Assembly: GCF_009914755.1 (NCBI RefSeq)
Contig: NC_060925.1
Source: the human T2T-CHM13v2.0 reference genome, Homo sapiens
Direction: 5' to 3' (one strand)
Length of the DNA stretch: 64,000 nucleotides
A program made the position numbers and the translations under genes. Below, one piece after another: positions 1 to 11,234 of this stretch (position 1 is the first letter of the stretch; the number at the start of each line of letters is the position of its first letter). The notes beneath the pieces were generated by a model, which was not told the origin of the DNA, did not search any database, and saw nothing but the letters and a program-made list of their open reading frames with translations.

Positions 1-490
1 AAATGGACCAATCAGCAGGATGTGGGTGGGGGCCAGATAAGAGAATAAAAGCAGGCTGCCCGAGCCTGCAGTGGCAACCCAGTCGGGTCCCCTTCTGCTG
101 TGTGTGGAGCTTTGTTCTTTCACTCTGCAATAAATGTTGGTGCTGCTCACTCTTTGGGTCCACACTGCCTTTATGAGCTGGTAACACTCATCACGAAGGT
201 CTGCAGCTTCACTCCTGAAGTCAGCGAGACCACGAACTCACCGGTAAGAAGGAACAACTCCAGACGCGCCGCCTTAAGAGCTGTAACACTCACCGCGAAG
301 GTCTGCAGCTTCACTCCTGAAGCCAGCGAGACCACAGACCAACCAGAAGGAAGAAACTCTGAACACATCCAAGCATCAGAAGGAACAAACTCCGGACACG
401 CCACCTTTAAGAACTGTAACACTCACCGCGAGGGTCCACAGCTTCATTTTTGAAGTCAGTGAGACCAAGAACCCACCAATTCCGGACACA
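1..490 (+). mobile_element. LTR12 (LTR12C-like, ERV9) LTR, 3' portion (end of U3, R, U5); starts before the window
   Basis: CCAAT (8-12), GATA (35-40), AATAAA TATA-like box (44-49), R poly(A) signal (129-134), three U5 repeats 'gagctgtaacactcaccgcgaaggtctgcagcttcactcctgaag', terminal ...ccaattccggacaCA. No PBS follows, so it is a solo or 3' LTR. Confidence 0.93.
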
Positions 491-639
491 CTAGGTTGCA
501 GCTATACCACAAACAACAGACTACACACTGCCTGTGATTAAAGAAGGGGTATTGAAGATTATATATCCTTAATAGCTAACTTCCTTGTCTGAACTCACCA
601 CGTAAAAGGGGGCAATATATTATTGCATGCCACAAGCAG

Positions 640-1035
640 ACTAGGCTCCCCAGAAAACAGATTTTGAGACTGAGATTTACTTTCAGAAGTTTTATTAGGG
701 AGTGCTCTTAGCCATAACAGTGGAGTTGGAGGGGAGGACAAGGAAGGCAGGATTAGGTAGGAGAGTGACTGGGCTGTGGTGGTAACCAAAGCATCGGCAG
801 ATCCCACAGGATGCTATGAGGCTAGAATGCCCTGAAGAGATGTGCTGAATGGAGGCAAGGGTTCAGGTCTTCGCATCCTCACATAGATCAGTCTCTGGAT
901 TCAGGCTGCTCCTCGGGAGTATTCTTTGTGCAAATTAGCTTCCTACCAAAGAGCAATCCCTGGGGAGCAACTGGTAGGTAAGCCTCAGAGGGCTGTGAGT
1001 GCCTCCATCTTGAAGAGGGGGATCTGGGCTCAGAG
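640..1035 (-). mobile_element. LTR16-like (ERVL) LTR
   Basis: Reverse complement reads 'cccagatcccccctcttcaagatggaggcactc'; 'ccccagaaaacagattttgagactgag' at the other end matches the LTR16/33 group. Confidence 0.6.
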
Positions 1036-1171
1036 TTCGGCAAACCTGTGAGTACTTTCTCTGTACCAGTAACAGCTGTTGCTGAGACTAAAGAGTTGCA
1101 CTGTGCTGCATGCTGTAAGGGTGCTCACAGTCCAATAGGGGGAGAGAGATGTGTAGAAACAAAGAGAAAAT

Positions 1172-1638
1172 AAAGCAGCAGTGTAATTCACAACAGACAA
1201 AACCTGGATGGCAAAAATGTCCACCAACTGGAGAATATTTAAACAAAATATGGTACATCCATGCAATGGAATACTACTCATCAATTAAAAGAAAGAAGTA
1301 CTGAAATATGTACAGCTGAGATGAGCTTCAAAAACATGCTCAGTGGAAGAAACCAGATGTAGAGCACATATCATATATATGATTCCGTTTATGTAAAATG
1401 TTCAGAGAAGGTAAATCTTATGGAAACAGGAGGTTAGTGCTTGCATAGGGTTGGGGGTGGGAATGAGGAAGGACTATATATGAACATGAAATTTCTTGAG
1501 TGATGGACATGTTTTAAAATTAGATTGTGATGATAGTTGTAAAATTCTTGTAAATATACTAAAAGTTAATTGAATTGTATACTTAAAACAGGTGACTTTA
1601 CATTATATAAATTATTCCTCATTAAAGCTGTTAAAAAA
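1172..1638 (+). mobile_element. Old L1 (L1MB/L1ME-type) 3' end
   Basis: 'tggtacatccatgcaatggaatactactca...gattgtgatgatagttg...tcattaaagctgttaaaaaa' is a typical L1M 3' UTR. Confidence 0.8.
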
Positions 1639-1949
1639 TGAGAGTGATTTTAAAATATATGGGCGAGACACAGTTAGACTGGAGTGAGGGATATAGCTAA
1701 AGATGAAAGAATGAAGTCCTCCTGATAAAAGTTTTTGAGGAGCAATATTTGTTTTCAATATAGAGAGGCCTGGAAGAGGAAATAGTATCTGCAAAAGTAT
1801 AAAGGAAGATGTAGTGCAGGAAATGCTTAGAATGTCTTTGAGTGTGAGGGCTAGAAGGGATGAAGAGCAGCTGGCATGTGATTAGCACTTGGAAGCCACT
1901 TCATAAAGCATATTTTATGTCATGGGAAGAAGGCTGAAATTTCTCCTTT

Positions 1950-2235
1950 TCAGGCCTTTGTGCAACCCTGTTTCTATACCTGAATGCTCTTTCCCTGTTT
2001 TTGTTTGTTTTAATGCTTTGCTCTTTCCCATGATTCAGGCATCAGCTTAAAAATAACCTTTTCCACGGTGTTTTCCCTGATCACTTTATCTCAAAAGGTT
2101 CTGCTCTCTGTTCATCATTTTTCTCCATTAAAACAACACGACACACTGCTTGTTCATTTATTTTTGTTTCCCTCTTTTCAGTGTCTCATAGGCAGTGAGA
2201 ACTCAGTCTGTTTCACTCCCAGAGTTACCACACTA
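1950..2235 (+). mobile_element. L2 fragment
   Basis: L2 3' motifs 'ggcctttgtgca...cctgaatgctctttcc...ttcaggcatcagctt...ttttccctgatcac'. Confidence 0.6.
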
Positions 2236-2239
2236 AGAA

Positions 2240-2420
2240 TTGAACCTTGACTTTCCCACTTTTTAGTGTATGACCTAGATAACATCTAACTTGACCCACT
2301 GACTTTCAGCTTTTTCTTCTGCAAAATCTGGTGAGCTTGATATTTATGTATTTTTTAGCCATAGTGTGAAGACTTTTATAATAGATGTAAAAATGCTTTG
2401 TAAATGTTAAAGCTCCCTAA
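2240..2420 (+). mobile_element. MIR
   Basis: Degenerate MIR core 'tgacctagataac...cttctgcaaaat...aaaatgctttgtaaatgttaaagctc'. Confidence 0.55.
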
Positions 2421-3590
2421 AAATTTATTGGATTATTATAATTAAATAGTGAATAAGGTATTGTTAGTAATAGTTATTAGTAATTTATTAAAAGTTACAT
2501 TACTGTGTAAATTTATTGAATTATAATTGCATAATAAATAAGGTATTATTAATAAATAGTAAATAGCACATTAAAGTATTTAAGGTTCAGGGTATATTTT
2601 ATGCACATCAGTTATTCCTCTGACTTGCATCTTACTAACATCCTCTGGTATATAAAGATTATTTGTTTTCATACAAGTGATTCCAATGAGCTGTGATTTA
2701 AAGGCGCTTGTGTTTGCTTTTTATATTTTCCTACTTCTTTTTCCTTCATATCAAGCTTATTAAAATCGTATATAAACTATAAGTTAAAAGACCTTCAACG
2801 GGTTCTCTTATGGGTAGAAAGCATTGTTTTAAAAATATATTTATAGTTAAATAGCACTGAACAAGAAAATTGTGAAACAAAAGTGACTTAGATGTGGATC
2901 CTATGTGTAAGGAGTTTGTATTCTAGAAAGAATGATAAGCTAAAAAAATTAGAATGGAAGGTAGAAAGAGAAAAGTACCACATGAGAGATGCAAATGAAA
3001 TACAATATGCATTTGGATGAGGAAGAAAGTATTATTAACTAGAGTGAACAGGGAGCACTTCAGTTAAGTGTCAGAGTTTAAAGTGATATTTAGATGTAGC
3101 CTAGTTTTCCACTAGGAAGAGTGACATGGGTGTGGTTAAGGAGGCATCCCAGGCAGCAGAAATAGCATAAGCAAACCCGGTGTGAGATCTCTGTCCAGAC
3201 ATATTTGTACCCAGTTGGCTAGGAACATGGCAGATAGAAATAAAGATAAATATTTTAAGAAATAAAAAAAGAGACTAATGGATTGTTCTGTAGGGAGCCA
3301 ACCAATGAATTAGGGGCAGCATTTAAGATGGAGTGCCTCATTCAAATGACAAGCATGTATTGAGTGTCTAATTTATGCTCTGCAGAAGCCAGATTGCACT
3401 AGTTGTGTGTATTAATTACATTGTATGAGTTCTGTGGAAGTTACATAGCATGAAAAAGATACAGATGTTGTATAATATATAAGAAGATTAGACTTTATAA
3501 AATGGAGAAAAAAGATGGGCAAACACATCTCCATAGACACCGGTGCACCATCCTTTGATTGAACAACTCAGAGAAATGTAGGTGTTTTAG

Positions 3591-3949
<359 letters not shown>

Positions 3950-4569
3950 TAACAGTTTCTTCTTTTGCTTTTCTTTCATTTTTTTTAAGTTATCCATGGG
4001 TCAGCATCTGGCTATCTAGCACTTTTCAATAGGAAGAGCAGCCAGTTTGAATATTTTGAATTCATTAATAAATAAAATTGAGGCTTCCATTTAGACTTTA
4101 AGAATAACATAGGCTTTTAAAATTGCATTAAAAATGGATTTATTTTAGGGAATGCTTTTAGGCTTTTTGACTATTACCTTTTCTACGTTCAGTTCAGAAG
4201 AAATATTGGTATTTTTTAAATTAGTGTTTTAGACCAAATACTATGTTTCTACTTTTTACAAATATTTTTCTTCCATTTGAAGTTGAAGTTTGAAATAGAA
4301 TTTATAACAAAATGTACAAAAATTTCTGTCATATTTTTCCAAACGTCATCTTTATATATTCAAATTTAAAAAGCTCCTCCACTTTTCCACTTAAAAATAA
4401 ACATGCACACGCACACACAATTTTCTTGGCTTTGGGCTATTCTCTTAACGTAGTCAGATATTTGGTTAGAAATCAGCTCATTGAATACTCCTTTTTATTT
4501 TGAGACTCTTTTACCTTCGGTTATATGATTGATTGTCATTAATAAAAATAAGATATCCAGGGCTTCCAA

Positions 4570-5079
4570 AATATAGCTTCAGGAATTCATGGATGGGTGA
4601 AACACAGCTCCTGACCTTGAATGTAGAATATGGACAAAATAATGGTAAGCCATAGGGCTGGAGCGGACCTGTGCTGAAGTTAGCTAATAGGGGCTTTATG
4701 TGCCAAGACATGGAATATTTTAAAAAGAGCCACTGAAACATTTTTAGTAATTGAGTGATCTGGTAAATTTTGAATTTTAGAAAGATCACTTTGATGCCAA
4801 GGTAAATGAGAATAGGAGGAGAATAATAGATGGGGTTGGAAGTAGAAACTTATACAAGGAGAACATTTAGAAATCTGTTGACATTATGCAAGTGAGATTT
4901 GATGGTAACCTGAACTGAGATAATGGTAGTGGAAAACTATTTAGGAAGTACAGTTAACATAATTTTGTGGCTAGTTAGATGGGCCAGGAGTAAAGAGTGA
5001 GTATATCTAAGATGTCTTGTAGGTTTCTGAATTTAGTGAAAAGAATTATTTTTAATTAATTAGGATACAAGAAAGCAGT
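4570..5079 (-). mobile_element. L2 fragment (continues at about 5801-5990)
   Basis: 'gagccactgaaacattttt...ttttagaaagatcactttg...gatggtaacctgaactgag' antisense L2 motifs; resumes after the 720 bp insert with 'ggagatgcttagtaggcagctg'. Confidence 0.65.
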
Positions 5080-5800
5080 TGATGGGAGGGAAGATGCTTG
5101 GCCCAGAAATTCCCTAACTTGGCCATAAGGCTTGAGGTTATTATTAGTGAAGACGATAAATTTGATCAAAAATTGAAAGTTAGTTTAATGACGATGCCCA
5201 TGTCATCACTATGGTGATAGGGGCCTTCTCCAAGGGAAGGTTTGGACAAAAGAGGTCTAACAAGGATTCCATAGGACAGATTAGACAAAGAAGAGCCACT
5301 AAGTTTTACTGGGAGAAAACAGACAAGAGAGGGCTTAATCAGGTACCATTAGGCAAGGGAGGGTTCAGAAGAATTCCAGTAATTGAACCTCAATTTTATC
5401 TAGCTCAATCTTCTGCTCCTAGGATGTATGAAAGTATCGCTACTCCAAACACCTGCCTGTCCCATAAATGTTGCCTTGTGGTATCTATGGAGCCACTGGT
5501 GATTTCAAATCATTTCGTAGTAATCTTTTTCCTGCAGCTATCCAACTGTAAAAATTATTATTAACCTCAAGTTTGGCTCTTAGGGCATAGTGCTTGTCGC
5601 CGATCTGGTTTGAAGTGTGTTATCTTGTCCTCCTGCCTTCTTATTTTCTCATCAGTGCATAGCCAAAAGATATTTAATGTTAAATGTTATAAAGAAACAA
5701 TTTTCATGAATTTTATACAAACCATTAACCACAAACAGGTTAATATGCCATCGTCTCTATTCTCCTCAAAAACAATAAAGGTAATATAGTTTAGAACACA
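5080..5800 (-). mobile_element. Unclassified ~720 bp solo-LTR-like insertion in L2
   Basis: Interrupts a contiguous L2; TG...CA termini; imperfect 5 bp flanks gcagt/ccagg; AGTAAA and ATTAAA signals on the - strand. Confidence 0.5.
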
Positions 5801-6429
5801 CCAGGTTTGGGATGATTATGGAATATTTGAATGGAGATGCTTAGTAGGCAGCTGAATACTTAGGTCTGACAGTGAGAAGAGTATAGGAAAGTATTTGAGA
5901 ATCATTGGTTTATGACAAAGAATGAAAGCTCTGTGTATTGATGCCTAGCTTGATGACTGCCTGGGAATATAGAATAAATGAAGAAGGTGAAAAATATGCA
6001 TATATTCATATCTATACTAACATGGATAAAGATTTATGTCTATAAATAGACATAACAAATATAGAAAAATGAAAGGTTAATCAAGGAGGAATATTAAATT
6101 TGTGGTTTTCAAGCCTCTACTACGAATATTTTGGGGCTGATATTAAAACTCATGGCTTTGGCCACTCTTACACATTAGTAACTGAGTTCTGACAGTCAGT
6201 GACATGATCCCCATGTCATTGTTATGAATTAAAAAAAGAGGTGTAGGGAAATAAAGTGACCGAATCCAAGTTATATAAGTAAAATTGTGATATCTTTTTC
6301 TTTCTTTTCGTTGTCACTGCCCATCCCCTACTCAATATGTTTAGGTTATAAATTACTTAGCCTTAACTGGATTATTAGTAATTAAGGCTAAGTAACTTAA
6401 AAGACTCCAAGAAGCATTTCTAACCTTGA

Positions 6430-7130
6430 TTTTCAATGAATTTAGCAAACATCAAGCATCTATTATTTGTCAAATACTGTTAGATCCTAGCTATAGAGTG
6501 CTGTATAAGCCAGATATATCCCTACTCTCACCAATTTTTAAGAAGGTAGAAAATACAGACATTGAACGAAGAACTCCCATCATGATGAAAATTGCGAAAG
6601 GGGAAATATAGAGTATTATAGCACTCATATCCTGAGGATCTAATATGGAAGTTAGAAATTCTTTGCACTATCATCATTTTTTTAAGACTTATATTCTCAG
6701 TAAGAGTTAGCCAAATCACAATGGAAAGAATGATAATCTGGGGTCAGAGTTCAAAAGGACTAAACATTAAAGAACAAAGGTGAGACTGAGAGAAAATAGT
6801 AGAAGCTGAGGCTTGAGAATCAGTACTAGGAGCCAGGGGGGTCTCCTAAGACATGTTTAGTGTTTTGGGTTTTAAGAACTATGAAAAACCCGCTGCAAAG
6901 CTTTAAGCTTTGCAAACAATTGACCAAAACAGCATTATGGTTGTAGTGTGGAAAACTGATTGGAAGGAGGATTTCTAGAGCCATGACTGTTAAGGGGATG
7001 CTTAAGGAATCCAGATGTGATTTCATTGTGACCTCCGTTATGTTTTGGGGAATGTAGATGAAGAGAAGTTAAACAGATGAAAAAGATACCTCGAATGGAG
7101 AATTAGCAGGACACTATTACTGATTGTATG
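6430..7130 (-). mobile_element. L2 fragment
   Basis: 'tttagcaaacatcaagcatctattatttgtcaaatactgttagatcct' (antisense L2 3' end) and downstream L2 motifs. Confidence 0.55.
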
Positions 7131-7457
7131 TGAATTCCTTGAGTGTTTTGTTCATTAATATTTTCTTACTTTGTCTCATACTTTTAATGCTGACAAAAAA
7201 GAGATTTCCAACATGGCTTGAAAGATGGACCTATACTTCTTCCAATTTTAAGAATTCCTACTTTCATATTTTGGATGTGCAGTGATAATCTTGATTTATT
7301 AGAATATCACCATACCTAGGCTGAGATCCAAAAGTAGATTTTCATTTAGACACCCAGGCATTTCTCAGGTTATATATAACCTGATGTTTCAGGGTCTTAA
7401 CCTAACAAGTATCTTACACATTTACAATTTAATTTCAAGGGACACCAGATTAGACCA

Positions 7458-7822
7458 TATATTAATCAATCTTCACGCTGCTGATAAAGACATACCTGAG
7501 TCTGGATAATTTATAAAGAAAAAGGGGTTTAATGGACTTACTGTTCAACGTAGCTTGGGGAGGACTCACAATCATGGTGAAAGGCAAAAGGCACATCTTA
7601 CAGGGAAGCAGACAAGAGAGAAAATGGGAGGTAAGCAAACGGGGAAACCAATTATAAAATCATCAGATCTCCTGAGACTTATTCACTACCATGAGAACAG
7701 TATGGGGAAAACCACCCCCATGATTCAATTATCTCCCATTGGATCCCTCCCACAGCACGTGGGAATTATGGGAAATACAATTCAAGATGAGATTTGGGTG
7801 GGGACACAGCCAAACCATATCA
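7458..7822 (-). mobile_element. THE1B solo LTR (MaLR)
   Basis: 'cacgctgctgataaagacatacctgag...gggtggggacacagccaaaccatatca'; 5 bp TSD gacca/gagca. Confidence 0.92.
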
Positions 7823-9079
7823 GAGCAGAAGCAATCTGCCTTACCCCACTTTTGGAAAAACAATACAAATCTGGCATTTGAGGGACACTAAATTAATGAT
7901 ATTTTCTCTAGGAAAAATGGCTTTATACAAAGAAGGATGAGCACAACTCAAACATGATAAATACCTATTTTAGCTAAGTGATCTTTCATTTTGTTCTTCA
8001 TGAATATATTCTATATTATATACTGTCCAGATATTAACATGAAACATCCATAACTTATGTGTACCAATGATGCACGGAAACTATTAAGGTTTCTCATGAG
8101 TGCAAGAAATATCATCATCTTTCACAGTGAAAAATTGCATTTCCATGCTCAGAAGTGCTACACATTAGAGTAGATATGTTTGGCATGCTTTTGAATGAGT
8201 TAAGAGCGTCAGATCAAGTTCAGCAAGTAGTATCCTTTTGCCCACTCTGAATTCCGTGGGGTTACACAAAAACATTCAGATTTCCTTTAATATTTGCTCT
8301 TCAGTTCGTTGACTTTTTATACAGTAGAATGAGCTGTTTAGAATGTGAGTGGTCCTGAGGCTACACCTGAGAAGTTATCTGCATATTAATATAAGTTTCT
8401 TTTCAGGAAAAAAAATAACCTTGACCTTCTGAATCATGCCTATTGAGGAAGGCTATGGATCATGAATTGCTAGCCTATTCATATTAATAAGCTGTGTGCA
8501 GACAAAACCATATTCATTTGCATAAGCTTCTCTCTGTAGCCCATGAAATTAACATTGTTTAATGGCTGGAAATAAGATCACATTTAGCTGTATGAGTCAT
8601 GCTCTCATCTCAAAAGGGAAAAATAAATGGGTCTTGACTCAATAAGCAGAAAGCTGTTTAAAATTTCAAGTACTTTTATTAGGCAACCAATGGAAGCTCA
8701 AGTGACAAAAGCAATGTCATCTCTAGATGAGTGTAGGATTCTAATGCAAATCATAGAATATAAGCCCCTTCTCACCCATCATCTTTGACCACCATCTCAT
8801 CCAATAATTTTTTAACCCAACAGTTACTTATGTAATAAATATTGTAATTGTTCCTAGGACCTCCTTCCAAAGGCCTCACAGTCTATATATAGTGGGAAGG
8901 GAATGACCAACTTTGTACTAGGAGCTTTGGGAAAAGTTTCACAGAGAAGGTGACATTTGCATTGGGCTTTGAAGAATGTGTAGGAGTTCTCGGGTTTAGG
9001 AGTAGAGCAATTCAGGTAGAAGAATGAATACATTATGAAAGGAGCTTAGTGTTTTGAAGAACGAACAAGAAGTGTGATG

Positions 9080-10151
9080 CAGGGCTGGCTATATAATTTG
9101 CAAAGCTCAGTGAAAAAATAAAAATGCCAGCCCCTTTGTTTAAGAAATGCAGGAAAAATTCTGTTAAAACTTTTATATTTTTTTCATGTTTCATGTTTAT
9201 CTGGAATATCAGTGCAATTTTTTAAGTATATTTTCTTAGTGAAAGACTTTTTCCTACAGGTATATCTATAGTGTTGGTTAATCCCTTTTTAATTTGCTAT
9301 TTAGCGTCTTCCTATGTAAAAAACCTAACCATTCAAATTATTATTTTAAATTTTCCCATTCATCTTTATACTGTGTCATGCAAGTTTTAAATGCAAATAT
9401 AAGAGCATTTAACTCAGAAGCCAAAATTATACAGTTATTTCATGGAAAATACATACATATGTATTTTATTCTTACATAAGAGTGGAAATTCTATACAAAA
9501 CTAATGCAACTGTTTCTATTTCACATATTGATATGTGCATATTATATCAACACTCTCCACCTTCAGCTTACTGACGAGTAGAAATAACTGAAAGGAAAAA
9601 GAACTATAGGTTGTCTTATCTTTCCCTTCATTCTATGTCATCATGTTAAATAAGTAGCTGCTTAATATAGGTAAGTAACATGAATAAAAAAAGATATGAA
9701 AAGATTACTTGATCATTTGCGGTTTTTAGAATGACATCACCATCTTTCTTCATTCAATGGAAGTTCTTGCTAAAACAAAAAGTGTAGGCTCTCAAGTCTT
9801 TTAAAGAAACCACTTACTTAGCTTTAGTTGTCACAAACATATTGCACTTGCTTAGAGTCGTGCTAAACTTTCATACATTGTGGGTCCATGGAATTCTGTG
9901 TTCATGGGGCATCACAAACATTTGCAGAGGCAGCAGCAATGAACTGCAGACATCCGTAATGTGCCTATCTCCTCTGCTCATGTATGTGCTCCATTATTCC
10001 ACTAGACTTCATTTCCAAAACACATATTCAAAGGCAGAATTATTAAGAATTTCAAGACAGCAATAGTATAGCTTTAAACCAAGTAAGAGGTGCTTCTGAG
10101 GACATAATCCTGAACATCTGCCCAGGCTGAACAATCATGATGCCAGCCATA
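9080..10151 (-). mobile_element. MER45B/C-like hAT-Tip100 DNA transposon, inserted in L2
   Basis: Both MER45 termini present ('cagggctggctatataatttgc' and 'ttattaagaatttcaagacagc...gccagccata'); 8 bp TSD gtgtgatg/gtgtgata. Confidence 0.8.
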
Positions 10152-10159
10152 GTGTGATA

Positions 10160-10580
10160 ACTATAGTATGCACGAAGTAGAAATTTAGAATCTACAATGA
10201 AGATAGATTGAGCCCAAATTGTAAATGACCATATATAACAAGATATGGACTTTGGAATTGATACTTTTGATATAAGAAAGCAAAAATTTTTTTACATATA
10301 GAAATGATTAGGTTTTACAAAGCTAACTTTGTAAAAGCATGTTTAGGTTTTACAAAGATAACTTTGGAGGCAATGTGGTAAATGAATTGGAATGGTAGCA
10401 GAGGTAGTTGGGAAATGAACAATGCCAGTGACCAAAAGACTGTGAGGTGGAGATGAAAAATTTTATATGGGCGATAGTTCTGAGAGGGAGAGAAAGAATC
10501 CTTAATATTTGGTGCCTGAATTTAGGAATAAAGTAGAGGGAGAACTGAATAAATAAAACTGGTTTTTGAACTAAGCTTAG
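10160..10580 (-). mobile_element. L2 fragment (host of MER45; also about 8900-9075)
   Basis: 'gtttccacagagaaggtgacatttgcattgggctttgaagaatgtgtaggagtt'-type motifs before the MER45 and 'ttttacaaagataactttggaggc' after it. Confidence 0.55.
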
Positions 10581-11234
10581 CACTTAACTTTCAACCTGCA
10601 TATCACACCCTGCAACTCCAAGTCTCCTAAATTATAAACAATAAATGTTTAATATTACATGTATTTTACTCCTTTTGAATTCTTTAAAAAAAAGATGACA
10701 AGTGCTTAGATTATGTGGTAGCATTTACTTTGTGAGAACTCCCTGTACTCTGACCAGGGAGTATAACTGAGCTCATTGAGGTTTTTCAAAATGGGTAAAT
10801 CAAGAATGCCATTGTTACTCTGAGCTCAAAAATAGGTGATACATATTTTGAACACCAAGGGTAATGACCTCTTTGTATTCCAAAAGCCAGCAGATATACT
10901 AGATATGCAAAGCAACAATTGAAATCCATGGTTTCATGTAGTTCACTGATAATGTGTGTCTCTCTGAAGACATATCAAGTTTTAAAAAATTTCATGTCTT
11001 GAGCCAATTATTGAGAATGAGAAATATTCCAGCTGCCAGGATTCACACTCTTCTAGCTGGAGGTGAGAATGTGTTACTCAGTCATTTGATAGTTTACCTC
11101 AAAGAAAGTGTTAATTGAAAAGGTGACTTATTCAATGTTTTATTTAATTAGCCAAGATGCTTTCCTGGGACTTTTTTTTTGGCTATTATTTAGTTTAAGG
11201 CAGTCTGTAAAATGTTATCTTTTAAAAGATAGAA

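Noticed and set aside
175-480. Three spaced ~55 bp direct repeats with different spacers (CRISPR-like appearance)
   Set aside because: These are the known U5 repeats of LTR12 in a primate genome; no cas genes.
5098-5130. Translation LAQKFPNLAI resembles the bornavirus N / EBLN motif 'FPNLA'
   Set aside because: Only a 5-residue match; flanking residues in all three + frames lack EBLN similarity, and the segment looks like an LTR end.
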